Shown: piece after piece, positions 51,999-61,947 of the stretch | Layout of the letters: the number at the start of each line of letters is the position of its first letter | Numbering within the stretch: the stretch's first letter is position 1 | From: Saprospiraceae bacterium | Lineage (GTDB): Bacteria > Bacteroidota > Bacteroidia > Chitinophagales > Saprospiraceae | DNA: 64,000 nt | NCBI GenBank assembly: GCA_046329435.1 | Contig: JAXLUR010000012.1 | Location: 24,051-88,050 of the forward strand | Reading direction: 5' to 3' | Position numbers and translations under genes: made by a program | Notes under the pieces: generated by a model | What the model saw: only the letters and a program-made list of their open reading frames with translations | Told to the model about the DNA's origin: nothing | Databases searched by the model: none

Positions 51999-53489
51999 GT
52001 GCATTACATACAGCCCGACCTGATCTCCCTCGAAACCATCGATCAAATCATGCGGCAGCGCCTGCCCATCGCACTCTCCGACGACGCGGTCCGGCGCATT
52101 ACGCATTGCCGCGAATATCTCGACCACAAGATCGGCGCCAACGACGAGTTGTTTTATGGCATCAATACTGGTTTCGGCTCGCTCTGCGACGTTCGAATTC
52201 CTGAAGAGGAGATCGGCCAGTTGCAGCACAACCTGGTCATGTCGCACGCGGCCGGCGCCGGCGACCTCGTGCCCGAGGAGATTGTGCGGATCATGCTGTT
52301 GCTCAAAATTCAAAGCCTTTCACAGGGCTTTTCGGCCGTCAGGGTCAAAGTAGTGGAGCGGCTGACCGATTTTTTCAATGCGGGCATCATCCCCGTCATT
52401 TTCGAACTGGGCTCGCTCGGCGCCTCGGGCGACCTGGCGCCGCTGGCGCATTTGTCGCTGCCCCTGGTCGGCCTCGGTGAAGTGTGGTTTGAAGGCCGGC
52501 GCCTGCGGGCCGACGCTGTGTTGCAACAACATGACCTGACGCCCCTGCAATTCAAGGCCAAGGAAGCGCTGGCGCTGCTCAATGGCACCCAGTTTTCCTC
52601 GGCTTATGCCGTCTGGTGCCTGTTGCAAAGCCGCCGGCTGGCCCAACTGGCCGATTTCAACGCCGCGCTCGGCTACGACGCCTTCAACTGCCGATTGTCG
52701 CCCCTCGACCACAATATCCACCGCATCCGACCGCATCAGGGACAGATCGCGGTTGCCGGGCGGCTGCGCAACTGGCTGGCCGACAGCCAGATCGCCGCTG
52801 CCCCCAAAACCAGCGTGCAAGACCCCTACGCGTTCCGCTGCGTCCCGCAGGTGCATGGCGCCTCGCACGACGCCCTCGCATTTATCGAAAAAACGGTGCT
52901 GACCGAGATCAACTCGGTAACCGACAACCCGAATGTGTTCCCCGATCAGGACCTGATCCTGTCGGGCGGCAACTTCCATGCGCAACCGCTCGCGCTTCCG
53001 CTCGACTATCTGGCGCTGGCCCTTTCCGAACTGGGCAGCATCGCCGAACGGCGGATCTATCAAATGATCGGTGGGCAAAGAGGCCTGCCGGCGTTTCTGA
53101 CCGCCGACCCCGGCCTGCATTCGGGTATGATGATCGCTCAATACACTGCCGCGGCGATCGTCAGTCAGAACAAAACGCTCTGCACCCCGGCCTCGGCCGA
53201 CAGTATAGTGAGTTGCAACGGACAGGAAGACCACGTGTCCATGGCTGCCAATGCCGCAACCAAGGTCCGCCGCGTCGTGCTCAATCTGGAAAGACTGCTG
53301 GCCATCGAGTTCATGGTCAGCATGCAGGCGCTCGAATTCAGAAGGCCCCTGCGCTCATCCGCCCCGATCGAGGCCGCACATACCGCCTATCGCGAACAGG
53401 TTGCGCGGCTCGACGGCGACCGGATACTCAGCGACGACATTGAAAAAACCATTCAGTTTTTGCGGGAAGATCACTCCTTTTTGCGGTAA
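51999..53489 (+). CDS. hutH: histidine ammonia-lyase
   Basis: 496 aa with a GTG start at 51999. It has YGINTGFGSL, the MIO-forming GSLGASGDLAPLAHL, and NGTQF. hutU and hutI are not adjacent. Confidence 0.92.
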   Translation: MHYIQPDLISLETIDQIMRQRLPIALSDDAVRRITHCREYLDHKIGANDELFYGINTGFGSLCDVRIPEEEIGQLQHNLVMSHAAGAGDLVPEEIVRIMLLLKIQSLSQGFSAVRVKVVERLTDFFNAGIIPVIFELGSLGASGDLAPLAHLSLPLVGLGEVWFEGRRLRADAVLQQHDLTPLQFKAKEALALLNGTQFSSAYAVWCLLQSRRLAQLADFNAALGYDAFNCRLSPLDHNIHRIRPHQGQIAVAGRLRNWLADSQIAAAPKTSVQDPYAFRCVPQVHGASHDALAFIEKTVLTEINSVTDNPNVFPDQDLILSGGNFHAQPLALPLDYLALALSELGSIAERRIYQMIGGQRGLPAFLTADPGLHSGMMIAQYTAAAIVSQNKTLCTPASADSIVSCNGQEDHVSMAANAATKVRRVVLNLERLLAIEFMVSMQALEFRRPLRSSAPIEAAHTAYREQVARLDGDRILSDDIEKTIQFLREDHSFLR

Positions 53490-54370
53490 TCCGCTTTGAG
53501 GAGACTCACGGTGACGTCGCCCGACCGATGCGCCAAACCGGCCAGTTCGCGGCCGATCATAGCCTCCCAATCGGCCAGCACGGCTTCCGAATAATTACTT
53601 CGTTGCCAGGCGGCGTCAAATTCGGCCGCGCGTTGCTGCCAGGCGTGTTCCGCTTCGGCCATGCGCGTTTTGGCCTGCCCCGTCATGGCGCGGAGGTCGG
53701 GCGCCAGGGCGACCAGTTCGTTTTTGAAGCGGCGCGCCGACAGTTCGGCGAGGTTGAAATGAAGTTGTGCGCGTCGCAGATAGAGCGATGACGAAGCGCC
53801 CCCCGAAGGCGTCCAGGTGCTGTCGGCCAGGAAATAGGTCTGGGTGCGCACGGTGAATTCGTTGAAAAAATCGCCCAGAAGCCGGTATTTCAGGACACAA
53901 CTGACCGGCGGCAGCCCCGACACGCCCATTCGCGCAGGGCCGCGCAGATCGCCCGGCAGCAGAGGACGAACCGTGTCCCAGCGAATCCTGGATTCCAGTC
54001 CTTCGAGGCTGGGCGCCGCGTAAACCTCCGCATAAATTCGGCTGCAACTCGACCCTGTCTGCGACGGCAGATCGTGCTCCACAATGACCATCACGTTGCC
54101 GCCGAGTTTCATTGCCTTGTTGCGCGCGCGCTCCACCACTTCCGGGTATTCGCAGTCGCGCGACCAGCCGCGATCCTTTATCCGGATGCCGGCCAGGTGG
54201 CGAAGGTTGAGCCCTGCAGGCCGGTTCTGCAGTTCGTTTTGCTCCAGAACGGCTGCGTAAGACACGGTATCCAGTCCTGTGACGACGTGCCGGGGAACGG
54301 TTTTGAGCGGCGGTTGGCAAGCCGCCAGCAGCAGGAAAAGCAAGAGGCCCAGGGGAATAATATTTTTCAT
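53471..54370 (-). CDS. hypothetical lipoprotein
   Basis: 299 aa with MKNIIPLGLLLFLLLAAC (lipobox). I recognise no family. Its 3' end overlaps hutH convergently by 19 nt. Confidence 0.6.
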   Translation of the reverse strand: MKNIIPLGLLLFLLLAACQPPLKTVPRHVVTGLDTVSYAAVLEQNELQNRPAGLNLRHLAGIRIKDRGWSRDCEYPEVVERARNKAMKLGGNVMVIVEHDLPSQTGSSCSRIYAEVYAAPSLEGLESRIRWDTVRPLLPGDLRGPARMGVSGLPPVSCVLKYRLLGDFFNEFTVRTQTYFLADSTWTPSGGASSSLYLRRAQLHFNLAELSARRFKNELVALAPDLRAMTGQAKTRMAEAEHAWQQRAAEFDAAWQRSNYSEAVLADWEAMIGRELAGLAHRSGDVTVSLLKADYRKKE

Positions 54371-54400
54371 AATTTATTTATTTTCAATTTTTTATAAAAA

Positions 54401-54634
54401 TTAGTGCTCGGGTATCTCGTCGCCGACATATTCAAAACGGCGACAAATTCCCTCCGCTGTTTTTACCATTTCAAAAAACATCGCTTTGGGCCGCACCCAC
54501 CAGCCGAACGCCCCGTACAGCGCCTGGTAAACAACCATTTCTTCTTCCGTTTCGGAATGCCGGGCAAAGCCCAGCACGCGGTAAAAACGGCCTTTGTAGT
54601 GGCGGTAAACGCCGGTTTGCAACTGATTTGTCAT
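54401..54634 (-). CDS. DUF1653 domain-containing protein
   Basis: ORF 54401-55258 trimmed to the ATG at 54634. The product is MTNQLQTGVYRHYKGRFYRVLGFARHSETEEEMVVYQALYGAFGWWVRPKAMFFE, 77 aa, typical of DUF1653. The start overlaps the nnr stop as ATGA. Confidence 0.8.
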   Translation of the reverse strand: MTNQLQTGVYRHYKGRFYRVLGFARHSETEEEMVVYQALYGAFGWWVRPKAMFFEMVKTAEGICRRFEYVGDEIPEH

Positions 54635-56148
54635 AATGAGCGGGGGTTGGTCAAATACAGCCAGGCTTGCGGGATGGCATCGACGAGGTCGCCGGCCGTC
54701 ATGCCCTGCATGCTCTTGTGGCGAGCGGCAAGGTCGCCGGCCAGCCCGTGCAGAAACACCCCCAGTCGGGCTGCCTGCGCAGGCAGGTACCCGGAAGCGA
54801 GCAAGCCGGTCAGTATGCCGGTCAGCACATCGCCCGAACCGGCCGTGGCCATACCAGGATTGCCGGTGGAATTGAACCAGCAAGCGCCGTCGGGACCGGC
54901 AATGGCCGTGTGTGCGCCTTTGAGTACGATGACTACCCGGCGTTCGATCGCCATGGCGCGTTGCAGGTCGTTGCGGGCAAAATCGTCGGCAGAAGCGCCG
55001 AAAAGGCGTTCGAACTCTTTTGGGTGAGGGGTCAGGATACTGTTTTCGGGCAGCGAGAGCCACCAATCGGGATGGGTGGCGAGCAGGTTCAGCGCATCGG
55101 CGTCCAGCACGAGCGGGCGGCTTGCTTTTTGCAACAACTGGTCGAGGGCGGCGGCCGTCGGCCGGCCGGTTCCGATTCCCGGGCCAACGCCAATGGCAGC
55201 ATACGTCTCCGTCGCGCAAAAATCCGACCAGCAGTCGGCGTTCGAATCCGGGCTGCACATGGCTTCGGGCACGGCCGATTGCAACACATCAAGGCCACAG
55301 GCCGGACAGTGCACCGTGAGCAAACCGGCGCCCGCGCGCAAGACCGCACGGGCGGCCAGCACGGCCGCGCCCGTCTTGCCCCTGCTGCCGGCAATCAGCA
55401 AGGCGTGCCCATAGTTGCCCTTGTGCGAAAATCTGGGTCGCGGCAACACCAGATGGCGCGCTTCGGTTTCGTCCAGGTAGTAGCAGTCGGTGGGCGTATG
55501 CGCGGCAAAATCGGGCAGCAAGCCGATATCGCCAACGGTCCATTCTCCTGTAAACACGTTGTTTTCGGGAAAAAAGAAGGCTTTTTTGGGTTGTTGGAAC
55601 GAAAAACAGCGATCGGCCCTGACACAGGCTCCTGTGGTGTGCGCATCTGCCGAAAGGCCTGCGGGCAGGTCGATCGACACGACCTCGTTGGGCAGGGCGT
55701 TGACCCATTCCACCGCCGAAGCCCATGCTCCTTCAAGGGGCCGGTTGAGCCCGGTGCCGAACAATGCTTCGATTATCACGGCATCGGCGGGCAGCTCGGG
55801 CCATCCACCCGCCTGTTCGAGCCATTGCACCGGCACTGCCTGGTCGGCGGGCAAATCGTCAATTTGCGCATCGAAATCGGCAGAATGACGGTTGGAAAAA
55901 TCGCAAACCAATACCTTTGGCTCGTAAAAACGCCGGTACAACAAGCGGGCTGCTGCAATGCCGTCGCCGCCGTTGTTGCCGGTGCCGGCCAGTACAAACA
56001 CCGGGCGCTGCGTATCGGGGTAAAGGCGTGTAAACCATTCGGTAAACGCCGTTGCCGCCCGGTTCATCAGTTCCAGGGAGGAAACAGGCTCGCGATCGAT
56101 CGTGTATGCATCCCAATCGCGTATCTGGCTGGCGTTGAAGACTTTCAT
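54631..56148 (-). CDS. nnr: bifunctional NAD(P)H-hydrate repair enzyme (epimerase + ADP-dependent dehydratase)
   Basis: ORF 54631-56322 trimmed to MKVFNASQIRDWDAYTI. It has a YjeF_N domain (VLAGTGNNGGDG) and a C-terminal carbohydrate-kinase domain (GPGIGT...TAGSGDVLTGI). Confidence 0.9.
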   Translation of the reverse strand: MKVFNASQIRDWDAYTIDREPVSSLELMNRAATAFTEWFTRLYPDTQRPVFVLAGTGNNGGDGIAAARLLYRRFYEPKVLVCDFSNRHSADFDAQIDDLPADQAVPVQWLEQAGGWPELPADAVIIEALFGTGLNRPLEGAWASAVEWVNALPNEVVSIDLPAGLSADAHTTGACVRADRCFSFQQPKKAFFFPENNVFTGEWTVGDIGLLPDFAAHTPTDCYYLDETEARHLVLPRPRFSHKGNYGHALLIAGSRGKTGAAVLAARAVLRAGAGLLTVHCPACGLDVLQSAVPEAMCSPDSNADCWSDFCATETYAAIGVGPGIGTGRPTAAALDQLLQKASRPLVLDADALNLLATHPDWWLSLPENSILTPHPKEFERLFGASADDFARNDLQRAMAIERRVVIVLKGAHTAIAGPDGACWFNSTGNPGMATAGSGDVLTGILTGLLASGYLPAQAARLGVFLHGLAGDLAARHKSMQGMTAGDLVDAIPQAWLYLTNPRSL

Positions 56149-56179
56149 GATACTCCTTTGATTTGACGAATTGGCGCGT

Positions 56180-57271
56180 ATGGCTACCCAGACTTCATTT
56201 TTTTCCGGCCTAAAAGTAGTTGAATTTGCCAGCGTACTGGCGGGCCCTGCCGTCGGGATGTTTTTTGCAGAACTCGGGGCGGAAGTGATCAAAATCGAAA
56301 ACCAAACGACTGCGGGCGACATGACGCGTTGCTGGAAGCTGCCCTGCGAACCTGCCGAATCGGCCGAGTCGGCCTATTTCTGCTGTGTCAACTGGGGCAA
56401 AAAACATCTTTTCCTCGACCTGGGCCGGCCGGCCGACTTGCAACAGGCCTTGGAAATAGCGCTTTCCGCCGATGTGGTCATCACCAATTTCAAACCTTCT
56501 TCGGCGCGGCGTTTCGGACTTGATCCCGCCGGTTTGCGCGCCCGCAACCCACGGCTGATCGTTGCGCAGCTCAACGCTTTTTCCGACCCCGAAGACGAAA
56601 GCCCCGCCTTCGATGTCGTGCTGCAGGCCGAAGCCGGCTTTTTGCACATGAATGGCGAGCCCGACGGCCCCCCGGTCAAAATGCCCGTCGCCCTCATCGA
56701 CCTGCTGGCCGCCCACCAACTCAAGGAAGCCATTTTGCTGGCCCTGCTCCACCGCGAACGCAGCGGCAAGGGCGCCACCGTCAGCACCTCTCTGTTTGAA
56801 AGCGCCGTGGCATCGCTGGCCAACCAGGCGGCCAACTACCTGATGGCAGGCCATATTCCGCAGCGAATGGGTACCCGCCACCCGAACATTGCACCCTACG
56901 GCGATGTTTTTACGACGGCCGACAAACAATCGGTGGTGCTGGCCGTAGGCACAGAACGACAGTTTCACCACCTTTGCGCCGTGCTGGGCCACGAAGATCT
57001 TTTGCAGCATCCTGATTTTCAAACCAATACGGCGCGCGTTCAGCACCGCGAAAGTTTGATTGCCCTTCTTTCTGCGAAAATAGCGCTGCACAACGCCGAC
57101 GAACTGCTCCTGAAACTGAAAACCACGGGGGTTCCGGCAGCCCGCATCCGCGACATGAAAGCCGTGTTCGACCTGCCCGATGCGCAAAGCCTGGTGATCG
57201 ACGACATCTTGCCGGACGGCCGCACCGGGAAACGTGTGAAAACCGCGGCATTTCACCTCAATTTTGACTAA
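56180..57271 (+). CDS. CoA-transferase family III (CaiB/BaiF) protein
   Basis: The ORF-track start at 56171 is TTG, and I prefer the ATG at 56180. The motifs GLKVVEFASVLAGPAVGMFFAELGAEVIKIE and RHPNIAPYG are typical of the family. Confidence 0.85.
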   Translation: MATQTSFFSGLKVVEFASVLAGPAVGMFFAELGAEVIKIENQTTAGDMTRCWKLPCEPAESAESAYFCCVNWGKKHLFLDLGRPADLQQALEIALSADVVITNFKPSSARRFGLDPAGLRARNPRLIVAQLNAFSDPEDESPAFDVVLQAEAGFLHMNGEPDGPPVKMPVALIDLLAAHQLKEAILLALLHRERSGKGATVSTSLFESAVASLANQAANYLMAGHIPQRMGTRHPNIAPYGDVFTTADKQSVVLAVGTERQFHHLCAVLGHEDLLQHPDFQTNTARVQHRESLIALLSAKIALHNADELLLKLKTTGVPAARIRDMKAVFDLPDAQSLVIDDILPDGRTGKRVKTAAFHLNFD

Positions 57272-57288
57272 GCAAGACTACCAGATTT

Positions 57289-58383
57289 ATGAATAAAGAC
57301 GCCATCCTCCAGACCCTGCGCGCCGTACGCGATCCGCAAACCGGACAAGACATCGTCAGTGCCGGCATGTTACAAAATATTGATATTGAGGGAAATAATG
57401 TCAACGTTACGCTTTCGGTGCCGTCGTTGCAAATGCAAGGAAAATCCGATTTGAACTTTGCCTGCATCGGCCTCATCGTGGAAAAATTTCCGGAAGCGCA
57501 GGTCAACGTCCATTTCACCGCCCGCGCACCGGGCGCCGAAAACGTTTCGCCCAGTGTAGTGCCACATATCCGCAACATCATCGCTGTTGCATCCGGCAAG
57601 GGCGGCGTAGGCAAAAGCACGGTAGCCGTCAACCTCGCGCTCGGCCTCAAAGCCCTGGGCGCCCGTGTGGGTCTGATGGACGCCGATGTGTACGGTCCCA
57701 GCCTGCCGACCATGCTGGGTCTTGCCGGACAACGCCCGCAGGTGCAGCAAGTGACCGGCCAGATCAAAATGATCCCGCTCGAAGCGCACGGCTTGCCCAG
57801 CATCAGCATCGGCAACATTATTGAACCCGACCAGGCGGTTGTGTTGCGCGGCCCCAGACTCGCCGCAGTCATTAAACAGTTTTTCAATGACGTGATCTGG
57901 CCGCCGCTCGATTTTCTGGTCGTTGACCTGCCGCCCGGCACTGGCGACGTGCAATTGACCCTCGTACAAACCGTACCGGTCACGGGCGTGGTGCTCGTCA
58001 CCACCCCGCAGGAGGTCGCCCTGGCCGATGCCATGAAGGCCATGAATATGTTTTTGCTCGACCAGATCAAGGTGCCAATTCTCGGCGTCGTGGAAAACAT
58101 GGCCTGGTTCACTCCGGCAGAATTGCCTGAGAACAAATACTTTATCTTCGGGCAAGGCGGCGGGAAGAAACTCGCGCTGGCCAGCAACTCAGTATTATTG
58201 GGGCAAATTCCGCTTGTGCAGGGCATACGGGAAGGAGGCGACACCGGCATGCCGGCAGTGTTGCAGGAAGGCAGTCCCGTGGCGGCCGCATTTCTGGAAG
58301 TAGCCAAAAACACCCTTCGTCAGATCGCCATACGAAATGAACTGCTGGAACCCAGCCAGATCGTCCACCTGGGAGGCCACTAG
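57289..58383 (+). CDS. apbC: Mrp/NBP35-family Fe-S cluster carrier ATPase (ApbC)
   Basis: 364 aa with an N-terminal DUF59-like domain (DPQTGQDIVSAGMLQNIDIEG), a deviant Walker A (VASGKGGVGKSTVAVNLA) and DLPPGTGD. Confidence 0.92.
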   Translation: MNKDAILQTLRAVRDPQTGQDIVSAGMLQNIDIEGNNVNVTLSVPSLQMQGKSDLNFACIGLIVEKFPEAQVNVHFTARAPGAENVSPSVVPHIRNIIAVASGKGGVGKSTVAVNLALGLKALGARVGLMDADVYGPSLPTMLGLAGQRPQVQQVTGQIKMIPLEAHGLPSISIGNIIEPDQAVVLRGPRLAAVIKQFFNDVIWPPLDFLVVDLPPGTGDVQLTLVQTVPVTGVVLVTTPQEVALADAMKAMNMFLLDQIKVPILGVVENMAWFTPAELPENKYFIFGQGGGKKLALASNSVLLGQIPLVQGIREGGDTGMPAVLQEGSPVAAAFLEVAKNTLRQIAIRNELLEPSQIVHLGGH

Positions 58384-58471
58384 GTTTTTGGGGTAAAGCA
58401 GGAACGCCCCTTTTTCGCGGCTTGCGGAAAAGGGGCGTTTCTGCTTCAGGCCTTGAGCGAGGCTTGCCGGT

Positions 58472-59500
58472 TCAGAATTTCGGGCAAAGGATTTCCTCGC
58501 TGTCGTAGTTGCCAAGGTAGGCAATGGACAGTTCGAAGGCGCCCTGGCGCTGGTTGGCCGACAGGGCATGGAGGTTGAGATCGTAGCTGACCCCTACCAG
58601 TACATTGCTGAATTCGATGCCGACCAAGCCCACTACTGCGTCGAGGCCGAATCCGTCGCTGTTGCGCACGGGACGGGCCCAGCCGCCGATGTGCAAGGCT
58701 GTGGAGCCGTACTGACCGATTTCCGTACGGAAATTGGCGCCTGCATTGACTTCCATGTGCGGCCCCTGCACGGCTACCAGCAAGCGGGGCTGAAATGACA
58801 CTTGGCGGTTGACCGGAATTGTAGCGGCCAGTTGACCCGACATTTTCATGTACAGTTTGTCGCCTTCGTTTTTGTTGCGGTTGAAAGAAATAACCGGCTG
58901 GAGAAAGTGGTGCAGAGCGGCCCCGGCGAAAACGGCGCCGTCCTGGCCGAAGCGGGCGGTGTAATTGAGGCCGACATTGTAGTCGGTGTAAGCGATATTG
59001 TTTTCCGGTAATAATTCACTTGTCGGTCCGGTAAAGCCGTTTCCTTCAAATTCGTCATTGAAATTGAGCGACTCATAGTTGACGCTGCGCTGCGTGAGGC
59101 CGCCTTGCAGGCCAATGGAGAGGTATTGCCGGTTGTCGACTCCCAGCGCTTTATGATAGGCCAGCGAAAGCGCGATCTGGGTCGTATTGAAATCGACGAC
59201 GCTCACTTTGTCGTTAAAAAAAAGAATGCCGAGGCCGACGGCGTCGTCGTACACCGATTTGCCGGGCGCGTCGAAACGAAGGTCGGCGCCGAGGGCGAAC
59301 GATTTGATGGGGTTGTCGAGGATACTGCGCCATTGATCGCGGTAGATCATCCCGACCCGGTATTTTCCTTCAAAATTGCCCGAAAGCGCCGGGTTCAGCG
59401 TGAGCGGAGCAGCGTAGAACTGGGTAAAATGTTTGTCCTGGGAAAAGACTGCGAGGGAAAAAGAAAAGAAGCAAAGTGTCAGGAGGAAAAATTTCTTCAT
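58472..59500 (-). CDS. porP: type IX secretion system membrane protein PorP/SprF
   Basis: 342 aa with MKKFFLLTLCFFSFSLAVFSQDKHFTQFYAAPLTLNPALSG, the hallmark PorP/SprF N-terminus. The rest is beta-barrel-like. Confidence 0.9.
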   Translation of the reverse strand: MKKFFLLTLCFFSFSLAVFSQDKHFTQFYAAPLTLNPALSGNFEGKYRVGMIYRDQWRSILDNPIKSFALGADLRFDAPGKSVYDDAVGLGILFFNDKVSVVDFNTTQIALSLAYHKALGVDNRQYLSIGLQGGLTQRSVNYESLNFNDEFEGNGFTGPTSELLPENNIAYTDYNVGLNYTARFGQDGAVFAGAALHHFLQPVISFNRNKNEGDKLYMKMSGQLAATIPVNRQVSFQPRLLVAVQGPHMEVNAGANFRTEIGQYGSTALHIGGWARPVRNSDGFGLDAVVGLVGIEFSNVLVGVSYDLNLHALSANQRQGAFELSIAYLGNYDSEEILCPKF

Positions 59501-59754
59501 GTCGTCGGGATAAAAATTTGGGCAAAGGTAGCCAAGGGCGCCGGGTTTAGGTATCGGAAACCGTGGCCGTTTTTACAAACAATATGGGCGGAAACGCCGG
59601 GCGGGATTGAAAATTGGCGCGGGAATGAAGTTTAAGAACAGAAGAGGCGCATTTTTCCAAAATTTCTACCTTTCGCCTGCCCTTGGAGCATGTTGCTCTT
59701 CTACCTTCATGAGTTGCTTACGTCCAACCTGTTATCAGTCCAAACCAACTATCC

Positions 59755-61800
59755 ATGGAACAATCCAACACTGAATTCAAACCTTACATTCCTTCCTCCG
59801 ACATGTCGGTGAAGGAGTTTACGCTACGCGCTATCCTCCTGGGCTCCGGCTTCGGCATCCTGTTCGGGGCGGCCACCGTGTACCTGGCGCTGAAAGCCGG
59901 CCTTACCGTTTCGGCATCGATCCCGATTGCCGTTCTGGCTATTTCACTGGGCCGGAAGTTTTTAAAAACGACCATCCTGGAAAACAACATCATCCAGACG
60001 GCCGGTTCGGCTGGCGAATCGGTGGCTGCCGGCGTGGTGTTTACACTGCCGGCCTTTTTGTTTCTCAGTGAAGGCATTGGAGAGGGCTACTTCAACTATT
60101 GGACCATCCTGATGCTGGCTATTTTCGGCGGCATACTGGGTGTGCTGATGATGATTCCGTTGCGTCGTTCGCTGATTGTCAAAGAACACGACAACCTGCC
60201 CTATCCCGAAGGGACCGCTTGCGCCCAGGTGCTCATTGCCGGTGAAAAAGGTGGTGATTTTGCCAAAACTGCCTATCAGGGTCTGGGCTTTGCCATGTTG
60301 TACGCCATGCTGCAAAGGGTTTTTCACGTGGTGGCCGAGTCGCCAGCCGTCGAAAGCGGTCAGACGAACAAATACCTGCCCGCCGCCCGCGTCAGCGGCG
60401 AGATCACGCCCGAATACCTGGGGGTCGGTTACATCATCGGCCCGCGTATTGCCGGCGTGCTCGTAGCCGGTGGCGTACTGGCCTGGCTCGGGCTGATTCC
60501 ATTGCTGGCTACCCTGGTGCCGCCGGATACCATTGCCGCCCAATTGACCAAACTCGACTTGCTGAAACCCATCCAGGATGCCGCGGGCGCCATACGGTAT
60601 CCGTTCGGCTGGGACCCCGGCACCCATTCCTTTACTGATCTGACCAGCGCCGTATATCGCGCCTATGTACGCCAGATCGGCGCCGGCGCCGTGGCGGGCG
60701 CGGGTTTCATTACCCTGATCAAAACCATTCCGACCATCGTCTCCTCCTTCCGCGAAAGCGTGAGCGCACTGCGCAACCGCGATACGTCGGTTGCCGTGGC
60801 GCGTACGGAAGACGACCTGTCGATCAAGGTAGTAGCCTTCGGCAGCCTGGCGCTGATCGTATTGATGGCCATTCTGCCCAATATTCCGGGCGACAGCATT
60901 ATCAGCAAACTGCTGATCGGTCTGCTGGTTATCGTGTTCGGGTTCTTCTTCGTGACTGTTTCGAGCCGTATCGTCGGTATCATCGGCTCCTCCAACAACC
61001 CGATCTCGGGTATGACCATCGCCACGATTATGGGCACCGCGCTCGTATTTATCGGCGTGAGCTGGACCGGCAAGGCATACGAGCCGCTGGCGCTCGTGGT
61101 CGGAAGTATGATCTGCATTGCAGCTGCCAATGCCGGCGCTACCTCGCAGGATCTGAAAACGGGGCATCTGGTCGGCGCCACGCCGAGGTACCAGCAATTG
61201 GCGCTGTTCATCGGCGTAGTTGTCTCGTCACTGGTCATCGGCTGGACCGTCAAAGTGCTGGATACCCCCTCTCAGGAAATGATCAACCAGGGTATCAAAC
61301 ACGCCATCGGAGAAAAATACAACGCCCCGCAGGCGACGCTGATGGCTACTTTGATCAAAGGCCTCCTGTCTTATAACCTAGACTGGCAATTCGTGCTTGT
61401 AGGCGTTTTCGTCGCCATCACGATGGAACTCTGTGGCGTCAAATCGCTGTCGTTTGCCGTGGGGCTGTACCTGCCGCTGTCCACTACCCTTCCCATTTGG
61501 GTGGGCGGCGCGCTGCGCGGGCTGGCCGACTGGATGGCCAAACGCAAGGGCGAAGAAGCGGAAGACGCCGACCTGGGCAAGGGAAGTTTGTTTGCCACGG
61601 GGCTGGTAGCAGGCGGTGCGCTGGCAGGCGTGGTCGTGGCCTTGCTTTCGGTCAATGAAACGGTTGCCGGTTGGCTGGCTGCCATCAATACCGAACACGG
61701 CATCACACACCTCATCGGCGCAGGCGGCTACCAACTGCTGGGCGTATTGGCCTTTGCCGGCCTGGCCCTGCTGTTGCTGAGGGCGGCCAGGAAAAAATAG
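59755..61800 (+). CDS. OPT-family oligopeptide transporter
   Basis: 681 aa and polytopic. FTLRAILLGSGFGILFGAATVYLALKAGLTVSASIP and NPISGMTIAT are typical of the OPT superfamily. Confidence 0.88.
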   Translation: MEQSNTEFKPYIPSSDMSVKEFTLRAILLGSGFGILFGAATVYLALKAGLTVSASIPIAVLAISLGRKFLKTTILENNIIQTAGSAGESVAAGVVFTLPAFLFLSEGIGEGYFNYWTILMLAIFGGILGVLMMIPLRRSLIVKEHDNLPYPEGTACAQVLIAGEKGGDFAKTAYQGLGFAMLYAMLQRVFHVVAESPAVESGQTNKYLPAARVSGEITPEYLGVGYIIGPRIAGVLVAGGVLAWLGLIPLLATLVPPDTIAAQLTKLDLLKPIQDAAGAIRYPFGWDPGTHSFTDLTSAVYRAYVRQIGAGAVAGAGFITLIKTIPTIVSSFRESVSALRNRDTSVAVARTEDDLSIKVVAFGSLALIVLMAILPNIPGDSIISKLLIGLLVIVFGFFFVTVSSRIVGIIGSSNNPISGMTIATIMGTALVFIGVSWTGKAYEPLALVVGSMICIAAANAGATSQDLKTGHLVGATPRYQQLALFIGVVVSSLVIGWTVKVLDTPSQEMINQGIKHAIGEKYNAPQATLMATLIKGLLSYNLDWQFVLVGVFVAITMELCGVKSLSFAVGLYLPLSTTLPIWVGGALRGLADWMAKRKGEEAEDADLGKGSLFATGLVAGGALAGVVVALLSVNETVAGWLAAINTEHGITHLIGAGGYQLLGVLAFAGLALLLLRAARKK

Positions 61801-61871
61801 CGCCCCGGAGAGCAGATCGGGAGGGGCGATGCCTCGAACCGGCAATTGAGCCCCAAGCTGTTTTCGAAATA

Positions 61872-61930
61872 AAAAGATGCGCCGCCGGGTGGCTGGAAAG
61901 TGATCCAGACTACCCGGCGGCGCATCTTTT
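61872..61930. terminator. bidirectional intrinsic terminator (19-bp stem)
   Basis: aaaagatgcgccgccgggt ... acccggcggcgcatctttt has a flanking A-tract and T-tract. It lies between convergent OPT (+) and the 61948-62382 gene (-). Confidence 0.8.
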
Positions 61931-61947
61931 TATCCTGAAAAAACGAA

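Noticed and set aside
54401-55258. The 285-aa ORF on the minus strand, considered as a possible fused or novel protein.
   Set aside because: Only the last 77 codons (DUF1653) look like protein. The upstream 208 codons are Arg/Pro-rich and lie out of frame inside the well-supported nnr gene.
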